This document shows, piece by piece, positions 23,264-34,835 of a stretch of 64,000 nucleotides of DNA. Made by a program: the position numbers and the translations under genes. The stretch is from Podarcis muralis (taxonomy: Eukaryota). The stretch spans positions 59,954,001-60,018,000 of the forward strand of contig NC_135666.1 in NCBI RefSeq assembly GCF_964188315.1. Reading direction: 5' to 3'. Numbering within the stretch: position 1 is the stretch's first letter; each line of letters opens with the position of its first letter. Below the pieces are notes generated by a model, which saw nothing but the letters and a program-made list of their open reading frames with translations, was not told the origin of the DNA and ran no database searches.

Positions 23264-23608
23264 GTAAAGGTAAAGGGACCCCTGACCATTAGGTCCAGTT
23301 GTGGCCGACTCTGGGGTTGTGGCGCTCATCTCGCTTTACTGGCTGAGGGAGCCGGCGTACAGCTTCCAGGTCATGTGGCCAGCATGACTAAGCCGCTTCT
23401 GGCGAACCAGAGCAGCGCACAGAAACGCCGTTTACCTTCCCGCTGGAAGGTTATCTACTTGCACTTTGACATGCTTTCGAACTGCTAGGTTGGCAGGAGC
23501 AGGGACCAAGCAACGGGAGCTCACCCCTTCGTGGGGATTCGAACCGCCGACCTTCTGATCGGCAGGTCCCAGGCTCTGTGGTTTAACCCACAGCGCCACC
23601 TGCGTCCC
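23264..23608 (-). mobile_element. Sauria SINE
   Basis: tRNA-like head GGGACGCAGGTGGCGCTGTGGG on minus strand, (ACCTTT)n tail, TSD TATAGATAAAGCATAAG at 23247-23263 and 23609-23625. Confidence 0.93.
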
Positions 23609-23625
23609 TATAGATAAAGCATAAG

Positions 23626-23984
23626 TAAAAGGTAAAGGTACCCCTGCCCATACGGGCCAGTTTTGCCAGACTCTAGGGTTGTGCGCCCATCTCACTCTAG
23701 AGGCCGGGGGCCAGCGCTGTCCGGAGACACTTCTGGGTCACGTGGCCAGCGTGACAAGCTGCATCTGGCGAGCCAGTGCAGCACACGGAACGCCGTTTAC
23801 CTTCCCGCTAGTAAGCGGTCCCTATTTATCTACTTGCACCCGGGGGTGCTTTCGAACTGCTAGGTTGGCAGGCACTGGGACCGAGCAACGGGAGCGCACC
23901 CCACCGCGGGGATTCAAACCGCCGACCTTTCGATCGGCAAGTCCTAGGCGCTGAGGCTTTAACCCACAGCGCCACCCGCGTCCC
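23626..23984 (-). mobile_element. Sauria SINE, second subfamily, abutting the first
   Basis: Same architecture with diagnostic CCCATACGGGCCAG/GTCCGGAGACAC; third TSD copy TAGATAAAGCATA at 23985-23997. Confidence 0.93.
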
Positions 23985-24236
23985 TAGATAAAGCATACAT
24001 ATAGATAAAGATTTGTGGGATGTTTTTGGCTTATTGGCTTATGATTGGGAGTAGAAAAATTAATGTACCTCAGCCCAGAAAATAGTGGGAATAGCACATG
24101 GCTGGACACACAATCTTGGAGGGTTGAGTGTGGAGTAGCATATGAAGTGTTACTAGAAGCTGGGTCTGATCCTTTCCATCACCATATAACAGATAAGTGA
24201 AGGCTTTGCATGTTATTGTTATTTGCATAGCAGTGG

Positions 24237-24237
<1 letters not shown>

Positions 24238-24279
<42 letters not shown>
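24238..24279 (+). repeat. (GAT)14 microsatellite
   Basis: Perfect trinucleotide run. Confidence 0.95.
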
Positions 24280-24404
24280 ATACCACTTAATTGGCAAAGT
24301 GACTTTTAAGTGATTTATGAATTTAAACACACATAATTAAAATATGCCGTAAAACAATTCAGTAAAAAGGTTGAAACAAACACCCACAGTGTTTAAATAA
24401 ACGT

Positions 24405-24934
24405 AAAAAAAGGTTAAGGACAAGGACGTTTGGATGGTTAAGTCCAGTCAAACTTGACTATGGGGTGCGGCGCTCATCTTGCTTCAGGCTGAGGGAGCCG
24501 GAGTTTCTTCACAGGCAGCTTTCTGGGTCATGTGGCCAGCATGACTAAACTGCTTCTGGCACAATGGAACACCATGACAAGTGCCAGAGCACACAGAAAC
24601 TCCATTTACATTCCTGCCACAGTGGTACCTATTTATCTACTTGCATTGGTATGCTTTCAAACTGCTAGGTTGGCAGGAGCTGGGACAGAGCAATGGGAGC
24701 TAACCCCTTCATGTGGATTCAAACCACAAACCTTCCGATCAGTAAGCCCTCAGAGGCTCAGTGGTTTAGACCAGTGTTTCCCAACCTTGGGCCTCCAGCT
24801 GTTTTTGGACTACAACTCCCATCATCCCTAGCTAGCAAGACCAGTGGTCAGGGATGATGGGAATTGTAGTTCAAAAACAGCTGGAGGCCCAAGGTTGGGA
24901 AACACTGGTTTAGACCACAGCGCCACCTGCTCCC
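24405..24934 (-). mobile_element. Older Sauria SINE interrupted by a hAT MITE
   Basis: Sauria body motifs (GGTCATGTGGCCAGCATGAC, AACTGCTAGGTTGGCAGGAGC); TSD AGTGTTTAA(A/G)TAAAC near 24388 and 24938. Confidence 0.85.
24772..24907. mobile_element. hAT (Charlie-type) MITE, 136 bp
   Basis: TIR CAGTGTTTCCCAACC, near-perfect palindrome, exact 8-bp TSD GTTTAGAC (24764-24771, 24908-24915). Confidence 0.95.
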
Positions 24935-27311
24935 ACAAGTGTTTAAGTAAACACATGTGCAATAAAGCATACCCAGAAGATCCAAATGTGGAAACCGTTT
25001 TTCTGCATATAATTCTGCTCTGGACTGGAGCATTAGGGCATCTATTTCCAAAGACAGTGCGCATAATCATTGAAGGCCTCCAGCTGCTTCATTTAATCAA
25101 AAAGAACTCAAGGTCAGAACCAGGGGACAACTTTTTGCTTCCTGTGCAAAACAAGTCAGAAGCTGGCACGACACATGTCAGTTCATCTTAACTTGTCAAG
25201 CTGGCAACACTGATCTGTGTAGCCAGGATTGCTTAATTCATGTGTACACTTTCAACACTGGTGCCCATTCAACAGTTTGTGTGTGAGGGATTGTGGCTGA
25301 TATGAGTGAAATGATATGATATGATATGATTTTCACATGCATCAAAGCTGTGAAATTTGCTACAAATGCACTTGTTTGTTTGTTTGTTTGCTTGCTTATT
25401 TTAAAATAGGTTTTCAAACGCTGAACAAATGGAGGGGTGTACCAAAGATGCTCCTCACTGGGGATCAGTTTGGTCTGGGGCTACATTTTCTGGCTACGTT
25501 CTCATTTAAAAATAAAGAGAAAGAGCAGACTGAATTATGAGTCATCATTGGTGGTGGGATAAAGTCACTCTCTTAAGTTATTGTTGATAGGAAAGATAAC
25601 AGCATGAACTCTTCTTGGACAAACTGAATTTTGCACCCTTCATCCTTTACTTTTGGGTTGCAATTATTCAAAAAGACAATCCTTAGTAAGGGAAAGCAAT
25701 TGGCAAGCAAAGTGAAGCTTAACTCCCAGTCTTAGGGACTCACATGCCCTTCTTTAGTAAATCATGAGTCAGTGAGTAGCTGAAGTGCATGATAGGCAAA
25801 AGGGTCTTCCAAAGTCTCTGTCAGTGTTTATACTGGAGAAAAGCAGGTTGTAAAAAGCTCTTGGTGCTTTTGGCTCAGTTAGATCTAATGCCATTGACTA
25901 TTTTGCCTTCCTCATCATCCTCAGCGCCATATTTTAGTTGCTAGACTAGAAGCAGCTATGGTGCACCATATGTGACCTTGTGCCGGCCATCCTCTCTCTG
26001 CCTAATCAATCTCAATTAAAATGTCCTAAGGTCCATGGAGGAAGAGTGGAATAGAAACATTAATTAATGATCTATGATCACCACCACCCTCAGAAGTTCA
26101 TGCTTCACATTCCCCCAAACCAGTTGTTTTCTTGCCAGAGGTAGGATAAAAGTGTGGTGTTGTATGTTCATTACTACATCTTTGTAGAGGTTAGCATTTA
26201 CTAAAAGATTAGAAAACCATAATGAATCATTTTCCTCCTGATTTTAAATGTATCTATAACCACAGTGGTATCCTCAAGCTGTGCGCCCATGCATTTTTCA
26301 CGACACCAGTAGCTATTATTTTTCCCTACCAGAAGGTATCTTGTTTCTCTCAGAGATAGAAATTTTCTCTTCAAAAATTATTTTGTATGGGCAAGATTCA
26401 ATACCTGTCTTGCTAACACTAGTTCTGGAAATATGGCAGGTTTAAAGTTCACTGGAGCATATGTCTGCTATATAGCAAAATGATAGTTGCTGATTGTTCT
26501 GAGGGAACTCCCAACTTCTCTTGGGGGCAGAACCTTGTTCATCATGTAGCTTTCCTGAAATCAATGGAACAATCTGTGGAGAAAATATTACTTGAAGAGG
26601 GTGTTAAAGCTTTAGATAATTGACTGGAATGTAATGGGGACCACAAAGTTCTTTTTCTTCTTTTTCTTCTTCTACTTCTTCTTTTTCTAGTATACCACCC
26701 TTCAACCAAATATCTCAGGGTGGTTCACAGCATAAAAATACAAGATAAAAACACAAAATCCATAATAAAAACAACAACAACAAAACTACACAATCTCCCA
26801 CAATGGAGAAAGGGAACCTGTGCTTCTACAGAGGGATGCTGTGGACCCAAACAAGTTTAAAGATCCTGAGATCTTTTTACATTGTTACAAACAGAAGATA
26901 AGGAAGTAAATCTGTTTTTTTCTTGATTGCACAGCTTCATACCATAGCTGGTTCATCCAACCCGATAAACCAAACTACACAAATGTGCAGATACCTGGAG
27001 AGGAGCTTGCCATCACTTTACTTTTCCCAGGTATATTTTGGTTTACCATGTTATGCAAACCAGGCCATGGAAAACTATTGCACCGGGGTTAGGAAAAAGC
27101 TAGGGTAGACCCCTTTACTCTGATGTCTACATTTATATGTGTAAGGTTTGGGGCTTTTTTAAAAAAATGGAGGAGTATCATGGAGGGTTTGCTGGTGAGA
27201 GATAGGACACTTTCCTGCCTTTCAGTGATAAATTATTTTTAAAAAAGAAGCTGTGTTTTCAGCCCTTTCCTTTGCTCTGATTTCACTGGCTCTCTTTTGT
27301 TAATTTTGCAG

Positions 27312-27419
27312 ATGAGGTTTTGTCTGAAAATTTCCTAGACTACAAAAATCGTGGGGTGAATGGCTCTCACCGAGGTCAGATTATCTGGAAGATTGATGCC
27401 AGCTCTTACTTCGTAGAAC
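27312..27419 (+). CDS. HECW1: HECW1 coding exon (108 bp): DEVLSENFLDYKNRGVNGSHRGQIIWKIDASSYFVE
   Basis: Matches HECW1; ttttgcag| acceptor and C|gtaagt donor; phase continuous with the previous exon. Confidence 0.97.
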
Positions 27420-29704
27420 GTAAGTATATCATAGTGCTATTACATCATACTTCAGTGAAAACAGGAAGAGCTGAGCTCCCACACTACATGGGTGTTTTGG
27501 GGAAAATTTAATGCGTGTGGCAAAGAAAAATGATCAATTGCTTGTCCAGAAACTATGCTTCATGAATAACAGAAGTTACTACTGAAAGGATGCAGTGGGT
27601 GAAATTGCATCTATAACTCTGTATATGTTGGTGTTATTAAGCACGAACATCTCATAACATGAGAGGGTTTCAGAACAGGTGCTAAATACTTCTGTGTTTG
27701 GAGAAAAACTATTTTCAAGTTCATTTATATTTATTTAACATCAAAATTATTGAATCTGCTGGAGCTTTTATCCTTGTTTTAGTCTTCTGTAGTTTGGATC
27801 AGTTTCTGGCAGAGCAAATCTTCAATCCCTTTCTTGGAGTGTGTGTTATTCTGAATAACCATTTCCGAGGCAATCTCACAGAAGTATTTTTTTAAAGGGA
27901 ATTAATTCCATATTGCATTTGCTGAGCTCACTGCATAACATACCGTTGATGCGCAATAAACTATGTGCTTGGGTTGTGAAAAATTATGTGCTCATGCATA
28001 GTAAAGGTGAATCTTTCATTGTTGCGTCCGTGCCTGAGGGCATCATACTTAACATGTGTTGCATGTGCTGCTGTAAGGAGTTCAAAATGTAGATTAATAA
28101 AGGCGCTCCAAACAGGTTGTGTTGTGTGACAACTGGCTGCAAAGGAAAATGAAACATTGTTAAAACAAAGCACTGCTTGATAGGAAGTTAACTGGGATAA
28201 CTGGAACAATTTTCTGGCAGACTTAAGGAAGGTTACTTTAAACCATTTGTGAACAACCTGTGACAGAGGTTTTGAATATTTAAAACTGTGGTTTCAAAAT
28301 GGATTACAGAGCATACTGCGGGGTCCTTGGAAACTTATTGGGGGTTCCTCAATGAGGAAGTCTGCTGTGAAGGACAAGTTTCTTAGAAAGATTGATTTGC
28401 CTCTACTACTAGTCTTCCTCTGCAAGGGTCAGGACCAACAACCTCTATGTACAGAGTGTGCTATTCCTCAGAATTATTGGCAGCGTGCAGGATTTTGATG
28501 GCTGACATGCAAAGCTTCCTTGGTATACAATGGAAAATAGATTCCGTTCACTGGCCTAAGCTAAATAGTTTCACAGATTATGGACTATAAGAACCAAGTT
28601 GCAATGTGCCAGAAACGCCAGTGAGATTTCTGTACCAGTTCTGTCTGCTTCTAACACAGCTGTATTCTCGTTGTGCCATCAGGGTGGGGCAGCTACACAG
28701 CAGGAGGTATCTGACTAGGTGTGTCTGATTAGGGTGTGTCATTTTAGGGTACAAAACGTAATTTTTGCACAGTTCTTTAGTGAGGGGTCTTAAAAATGTG
28801 TTTTTGGGTGTCAGGAATTCAAATCTGCTTTTATTTTTGTAATTGGACAAAAATTTAGCTTGGAAGCCTACACTTGACAAAGAAGCACATAAACTGTGTT
28901 TAAAAACCAAAGAATTTTAACTTTGCCTTCTGAAAATGTCAGGTAATAATAAAACAAAAGGCCTGTATTTAAAAACTGTGGGAATGTTCAGGATAGTAGG
29001 AGAGGATATATTGATTTGTAAGATTTGTACAAATTACACACACAAAATTGCACAAACAAATGTGTGCATTGGGATAAAATCACACTACAATGTTAATAAA
29101 GGACTTGGGGGGAATTGCGAGCTGATGTGGAAATCTGGAGAACTGAAGATTGGAAAAATGAGAAACTGAAATTGACAGATGCACCCATCCCTAACTGGCA
29201 TGGTAGAAGAGGCATTATCAAGCTGCAAAGTGATACAGATATGAAAGCTCTGGATTTTGGATGAGCTAGGTTTTCTTTTTTGTTTACTCAGATATTGTCT
29301 TCTGTAATTGATTGTTAATTCAGTTAACTCTAAGGGGAGTTCTGCCATATGCTTTTCTTTCATCATATTACCAGTATGATTTCATTATCTACGTACTTTC
29401 TTAAATGAACCCCTCCTCTTTTTTTGTATGGAGCATGCTCTTCTGGCTGCAGAATCTGCTTCCAAGCAGCCTCTAATTCTTACTCAGGACAGCAAGTCCT
29501 TCCATATTAATTGTCAGTTGGGGAGTGGTACACTGGTATGGTACAGGTGGGGCTCTTTGGTCTGTGCTTATTATGCCCCCCCCCAATTCATGGGGATAAA
29601 ATCCGTTCTATAGCCATTTGAGATTTTGCACCATCTTTGCCTTTCTAACAGATACTCTGCCTCCAAGCAGCTCCACAAAAGGCAGAAACTCCAAAGCATA
29701 GCTT

Positions 29705-29847
29705 TCATAGAATGTACACTTGGAAGGGACCACAAGGGTCTTCTAGTCCAACCTTCTACGATGCAGGAATCTTTTGCCCAACGTGGGGCTCACACCCACG
29801 ACCCTGAGATGAAGAGTATCATGCTCTACTGACTGAGTTATTCCAGG
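29705..29847 (-). mobile_element. tRNA-Lys-derived SINE with CR1-type 3' tail
   Basis: Minus strand TAACTCAGTCAGTAGAGCATGATACTCTTCATCTCAGGGTCGTGGG..AGCCCCACGTTGGGC closely resembles tRNA-Lys(CTT); followed by TTGGACTAGAAGACC..CCCTTCC..ATTCTATG CR1 tail. Confidence 0.85.
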
Positions 29848-29945
29848 TCATCAATAGTTCCATTTCCCTGCTAGGAGAAGCGACACCTGTTGAGCATGTG
29901 CTATCAAGAAACGGAAGGTGGTAGGCCTCTTTGTTTTCTCTAACC

Positions 29946-30550
29946 AGTGTGGTGTAGTGGTTAAGAGCAGTGGACTCATAATCTGGTGAACCAGGTTCGA
30001 TTCCCTGCTCCCCCACATGCAGCTGCTGGGTGACCTTGGGCCAGTCACACTTCTCTGAAGTCCCTCAGCCTCACTCACCTCACAGAGTGTTTGTTGTGGG
30101 GGAGGAAGGGAAAGGAGATTGTTAGCTGCTTTGAGACTCCTTAAAGGTAAAGGTAAAGGTACCCCTGACCATTAGGTCTAGTCACGGATGACTCTGGGGT
30201 TGTGCGCTCATCTCACTCTATAGGCCGAGGGAGCCGCCGTTTGTCTGCAGACAGCTTCCGGGTCATGTGGCCAGCATGACTAAACTGCTTGGTGAACCAG
30301 CACACGGAAATGCTGTTTACCTTCCTGCCAGAGTGGTACCTATTCATCTACTTGCACTTTGACATGCTTTCAAACTGCTAGGTGGGCAGGAGCTGGGACC
30401 AAGCAACAGGAGCTCACCCTGCCGCGGGGATTCGAACTGCCGACCATCCATCAGCAAGCCCTAGGCTCTGTGGTTTAACCCACAGTGCCACCCGTGTCCC
30501 TTGAGACTCCTTAGGATAGTGATAAAGCGGGATATCAAATCCAAACTCCT
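29946..30550 (+). mobile_element. tRNA-headed CORE/MIR-like SINE (Squam3-like), interrupted by a Sauria SINE
   Basis: A box GTGTAGTGGTTAAGAG, B box GGTTCGATTCC, CORE-like GGGTGACCTTGGGCCAGTCAC, L2-like tail AAAGCGGGATATCAAAT. Confidence 0.75.
30144..30500 (-). mobile_element. Sauria SINE nested in the preceding SINE
   Basis: Full Sauria body; 13-bp TSD TTGAGACTCCTTA at 30131-30143 and 30501-30513. Confidence 0.92.
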
Positions 30551-30664
30551 ACTCATCTAACTGTGTTCTTGGTTCCTCTTTCCCCAACTCCCAGTGTGGA
30601 TTCCAGTGTAGATGTGGCTATCTTGGATTCCACTAGGACTGTCAAATACAGAATTCCCAACATA

Positions 30665-31269
30665 CAGTGGTACCTCGCAAGACAAATGCCTCGCAAGACG
30701 GAAAACTCGCAAGACGAAAGGGTTTTCCGTTTTTCGAGGTGCTTCACCAGACGAATTTCCCTATGGGCTTGCTTCACAAGAAGAAAGCCCATAGGGAAAT
30801 CTCCGGGGACCTCTTTTAAAATGCTGGCGGTCGGGAGCAAAGACTTTCGCCCACCGCCGGCCTTCAAAAGAGGTCCTGGAGGCCTTCGCTGCCGCCCGCC
30901 AGCATTTTAAAATCGCCCCGGGACAGCGGAGGCTTCGCTGCCGCCCGCCAGCATTTTAAAATCGCCCCGGGACAGCGGAGAAGTCTCCGCTGTCCCGGGG
31001 GCTTTTAAAATGCTGGCGGTCGGCAGCAAAGCCCTCCTGTCCCCGGAGCTTGCGGGGCGGGAGGTGGGGAGAAGGGCTTTTCTTCCCACCGCCAGCCTTC
31101 AGAACAGCTGTCCCCAGGACTGTCCCCGGACCTGGTCTGAAGGCGGTTTCCATAGGAGCGCATTGATTGATTTTCAATGCATTCCTATGGGAAACCGTGC
31201 TTCGCAAGACAAAAAACTCGCAGAAAAAGCTTGCGGAACGAATTAATTTCGTCTTGCGAGGCACCACTG
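30665..31269. mobile_element. Tigger/pogo-type MITE, 605 bp, GC-rich repetitive core
   Basis: TA|CAGTGGTACCTCGCAAGAC ... GTCTTGCGAGGCACCACTG|TA; internal ~50-bp tandem unit and long hairpin (30878-31020). Confidence 0.9.
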
Positions 31270-33055
31270 TAAAGGAAGCCTGCAATATTTGCATATCTTG
31301 CAGTCATAGGCTTGATTATCCATGTGGCAGCGTGGGCTTGTAAGTAGGGATGCTTGAGGATTTCAGGCTTTGTGAATAAAATGATCCATTCTTCTCAAAT
31401 TAATGCATAGTTAGGAAATCCACTGGATTTTGCACTGATTTGAATGGTGCAAGGCAATTTTTGGCTATTGTAACATCTCAGAATACTACATTGGAATTGA
31501 AGAAAGTGTACATCTTTGAATGTGCCTTGTAAATATGTATTTTGAAAGGATTAATGTCAATTTGCAAGATTAATGTTAATACAAGAATGGAGTGGAATGG
31601 AATTATGGGTAAAAACATGCAAATGTTATATGAATCAGAAACAGAGTTGCCCATCCCTTGTACACTGTGGGGAGATTTATTAATCAGATACTTAGTGAAC
31701 AGTGATACTCTGCCTGATCTATTCAGATCATAATGAAAATTCCACCAGCTTTTACATATGAGACTTGAAAATAATTATTTTATACAAATTATACTATTTT
31801 CCATTCTGGATTTACTGATAATTTACAGCAATGCAAATAAGTAGGATAACTGAGCCCACTGTCTTCCAAAGAACAAAAGACGCGAGAATAAGAAAGTTTG
31901 TGCTGGGTTTCAGTTGAGCTTTTAATAATCCATGAGTCGCATTTCCCTAGGTGTCAGGAAACAGGCAGCTGAAGGGCCAGGGCAGGGCATGCTGGGAATT
32001 TTAAACTGCATATTTCTTTTAAGGTAATTCAACTTATTCCACTCATGGGAAAGTATAAGAATTTGGAATTATCCCTTCTCTCTTTTGTACAACCATGACT
32101 TAGGCAGAGTGGGATAAAGATTCACAACATCTAAGAATAGGGGAAATATATGCTTTCAAAGCATTTTCTTAAAAAATGCTGGCTTGAAAGTTTGAACATG
32201 CATACTTTGTGACTGAGTTAGAAGACCATGAAAACTGGGTTAATAAAGGGAACCTTGACAGTTGCAAACTCTTCCCCAATTACTTACTTACTCTGGATGC
32301 TGTATGATGTTCAGTTGAATTCAAACTTCTGTGGTAGCCGAGAAATTTCATAAAGCACTTTTGAAAAATAGACATTGAAAATCCCACTTTAAACTATGCA
32401 ATGGCTTCAGATGGACTTGGAATTAACCTTATTTGCTATGAAACTATAGTTTCATTTGCTATGAAACTATATGAAGCTAACTTCTTCAGGCCTGGGGCCA
32501 TATTCCCCCATGAGCTATTGGTGGGCAGGGGCAGAGGTGAAAGTGGATAAAGCGACAGGCATTGACTCCTACCTGTGTACAGTAGGCTGCATCCTAGCCA
32601 CACAAAGGTTAGAGGTTACCACAGATACACACACCTCTCTCCATCTTCCATCCAGGCAAACAAGAGATATTATCCCATTTCAGCGACACATTCCAATGGA
32701 GAGTCAGACTTACGATGGAAGGTGCTAGTCAACAATCTCCAGATCAGAGATTGCTACTTGGTTGATGAATGAATAGATGCCGCTTCCATGGTTACGGTGA
32801 GCTTTCATCTGCTTATACCAGGACATTAATTTGATTCATTCAGTTTCTCATGGAGCTTTCCACCAGCTGGTAATTTCTATGTGGGAGGAAAAAATATGCT
32901 GTAGACGAGTTCTATTTTCTGCTGTCTAATTAGTGCTAATAGGAGTTACACCAGTACAACGTCACCACACTATTCTCACACTCTTCAAATGCAATGTTCT
33001 GGGAACAAACGAAACACAACATTTCATGGAAACCAATAGTGTGATAATTACAGTA

Positions 33056-33297
33056 CAGTGGTACTTTGGGTTACATACGCTTCAGGTTACATACGCTTCA
33101 GGTTACAGACTCCACTAACCCAGAAATAGTACCTCAGGTTAAGAACTTTGCTTCAGGATGAGAACAGAAATTGGGGAGTGGCGGCGCAGCAGCAGCGAGA
33201 GGCTCCATTAACTAAAGTTGTGCTTCAGGTTAAGAACAGTTTCAGGTTAAGTACGGACCTCTGGAACGAATTAAGTACTTAACCCAAGGTACCACTG
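33056..33297. mobile_element. Tigger/pogo-type MITE
   Basis: TA|CAGTGGTACTTTGGGTTAC ... AACCCAAGGTACCACTG|TA; same family as 48132 and 1999. Confidence 0.9.
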
Positions 33298-33342
33298 TAG
33301 AGGCTTGTATGTATTTGGGTCAATTGGTTCCTGTCTTGAATA

Positions 33343-33657
33343 CAGTGGTGCCTCGCAAGACGAAATTAATCCGTTCTGTGAGTCTCTTCGTCTTGCGGTT
33401 TTTTCGTCTTGCGAAGCACGGCTATTAGCGGCTTAGCGGCTCCTAACGGCTTAGCGGCTATTAACGGCTTAGCGGCTATTAGCGGCTTAGCGGCTTTAAG
33501 AAAAAGGAAACAAACTCACAAGAACTCGCAAGACATTTCGTCTTGCGAAGCAAGCCCATAGGGAAATTCGTCTTGCGGAACGACTCAAAAAACGGAAAAC
33601 CCTTTCATCTAGCGAGTTTTTCGTCTTGCAAGGCATTCGTCTTGCGGGGCACCACTG
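33343..33657. mobile_element. Tigger/pogo-type MITE, same termini family as 30665 in opposite orientation
   Basis: TA|CAGTGGTGCCTCGCAAGACG ... CGTCTTGCGGGGCACCACTG|TA; core of GGCTATTAGCGGCTTAGC repeats (33421-33495). Confidence 0.9.
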
Positions 33658-34109
33658 TAATGTGGTTTCTCTTTAACCTATGGTGGAGGTGTACAGAGGA
33701 CTTCCAATCTATCCAGAAGTCAGTAATAGAATTCTTTTTAAAAAGTCTGACAGAACAGTCAGAAACACCAGAGGGAAGTGAAGGGAGGCTCAAATGCAAA
33801 ATGTACCTGGCATGTCCTAAATAAATGAGCACTTGTAGAAATAGTTGAACAATGTGAATAAGCTGTGGGAAGTTCTGTCTTTAGAGCTGCTATGGTTAAC
33901 CAGCCTAATTTCAAAGAACACAAAGGCCAGTTCACATAGGGCAAACCAATGCAGATGAGCTCCAGTACCAAGTGTTGGTTTGTGTTAATGGATCATCACT
34001 GCACTAAGGTTACATACCAAATTTTCACTGTGCATAACTTACATAAAAAATGTAAGTCTACCTCTCCTTTTCAAATGCTAGCCACCAAATGTTGAGTAAG
34101 CAAGTGATA

Positions 34110-34835
34110 ATAGGACACTGTCTTATACCAAGTCAGACCATTGGTCCATCTTGTCATTGGCATCCATCTGTCTCACAATGGACAGCACCTCCAGGGGTGA
34201 AGTCAAATTGCTTCATTAGCAGCGCTAAAATGATCTCCCCGGAGCACAAGCCTGGTCAGTGCGTATGGAGGTCCTGAGCTGCCCAGACAACAAGACCCCA
34301 CTCTTGGCCTTGCTAATGCAGCCCAAAGGAAAGCAGAGCAAAACGTTTGGCATCAGCTTCATTGCAGGAGTTGCCAGAAGGAGGTGCACCAGGCGCCATC
34401 TAACCATCTTAGGATTTGTGTAGGGTTTACTCCTTAGTCTTTTCTTATCCCAAAGATATCCCGCAAGGCAGCAGAGGTTTAAGATCAGAGTTTTCCTTCT
34501 CCTAGGTGGGCTACCTTTCCAGGTTGATGAGCCCCATCTGCCCCTCACTTCCGTCTACAGCACATGCTGAAACCACCTTCTTGATGTTGGACCCACTATT
34601 GGTCCCATCCGTTCAATCCACTTGAGCCTGTCTTCGCATGCAGGGGAAGTCCCTAAGTCACTGAGGGCTTGAGACCCATCATCTACCATCACTTGGTCCA
34701 TCTAGCTAAGTAATTATCTTCATGGACTGGTAGCAGCTCTCCAGAGTTTGTGGCAGGGGTACTTCCCAGTCCTACCTCAAGAGGTCAGGGAATGAACCTC
34801 AGCATGCAAAATGTTAGCTCTACCACCGAGCTCCA
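34110..34835 (-). mobile_element. Old tRNA-derived SINE split by an RTE-derived insertion
   Basis: Minus-strand head AGCTCGGTGGTAGAGC ..GGTTCATTCCC near 34780-34835; tail CTGACTTGGTATAAGACAG near 34115-34140. Confidence 0.6.
34152..34692 (-). mobile_element. Non-autonomous RTE-derived element (RTE 5'UTR-like body + RTE 3' end)
   Basis: TSD TTGGTCCATCT (34141-34151, 34693-34703); 3' end CCATTG-TGAGACAGATGGATGCCAA matches the RTE 3' end at 48714-48750; TTTTCCTTCTCCTAG..GGTTGATGAGCCCC motif typical of RTE 5'UTRs; no RT. Confidence 0.7.

Noticed and set aside
29770-29847. tRNA-Lys gene
   Set aside because: B box mutated (GTGTGA for GTTCGA), anticodon arm changes, and fusion to a CR1 tail show it is a SINE head.
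33421-33495. Short regular repeats as a CRISPR-like array
   Set aside because: No unique spacers; a minisatellite inside a MITE in vertebrate DNA.
34540-34692. HDV-like ribozyme at the 5' end of the RTE-derived element
   Set aside because: Some hairpins are present but I could not fit the double pseudoknot by eye; left as a test only.
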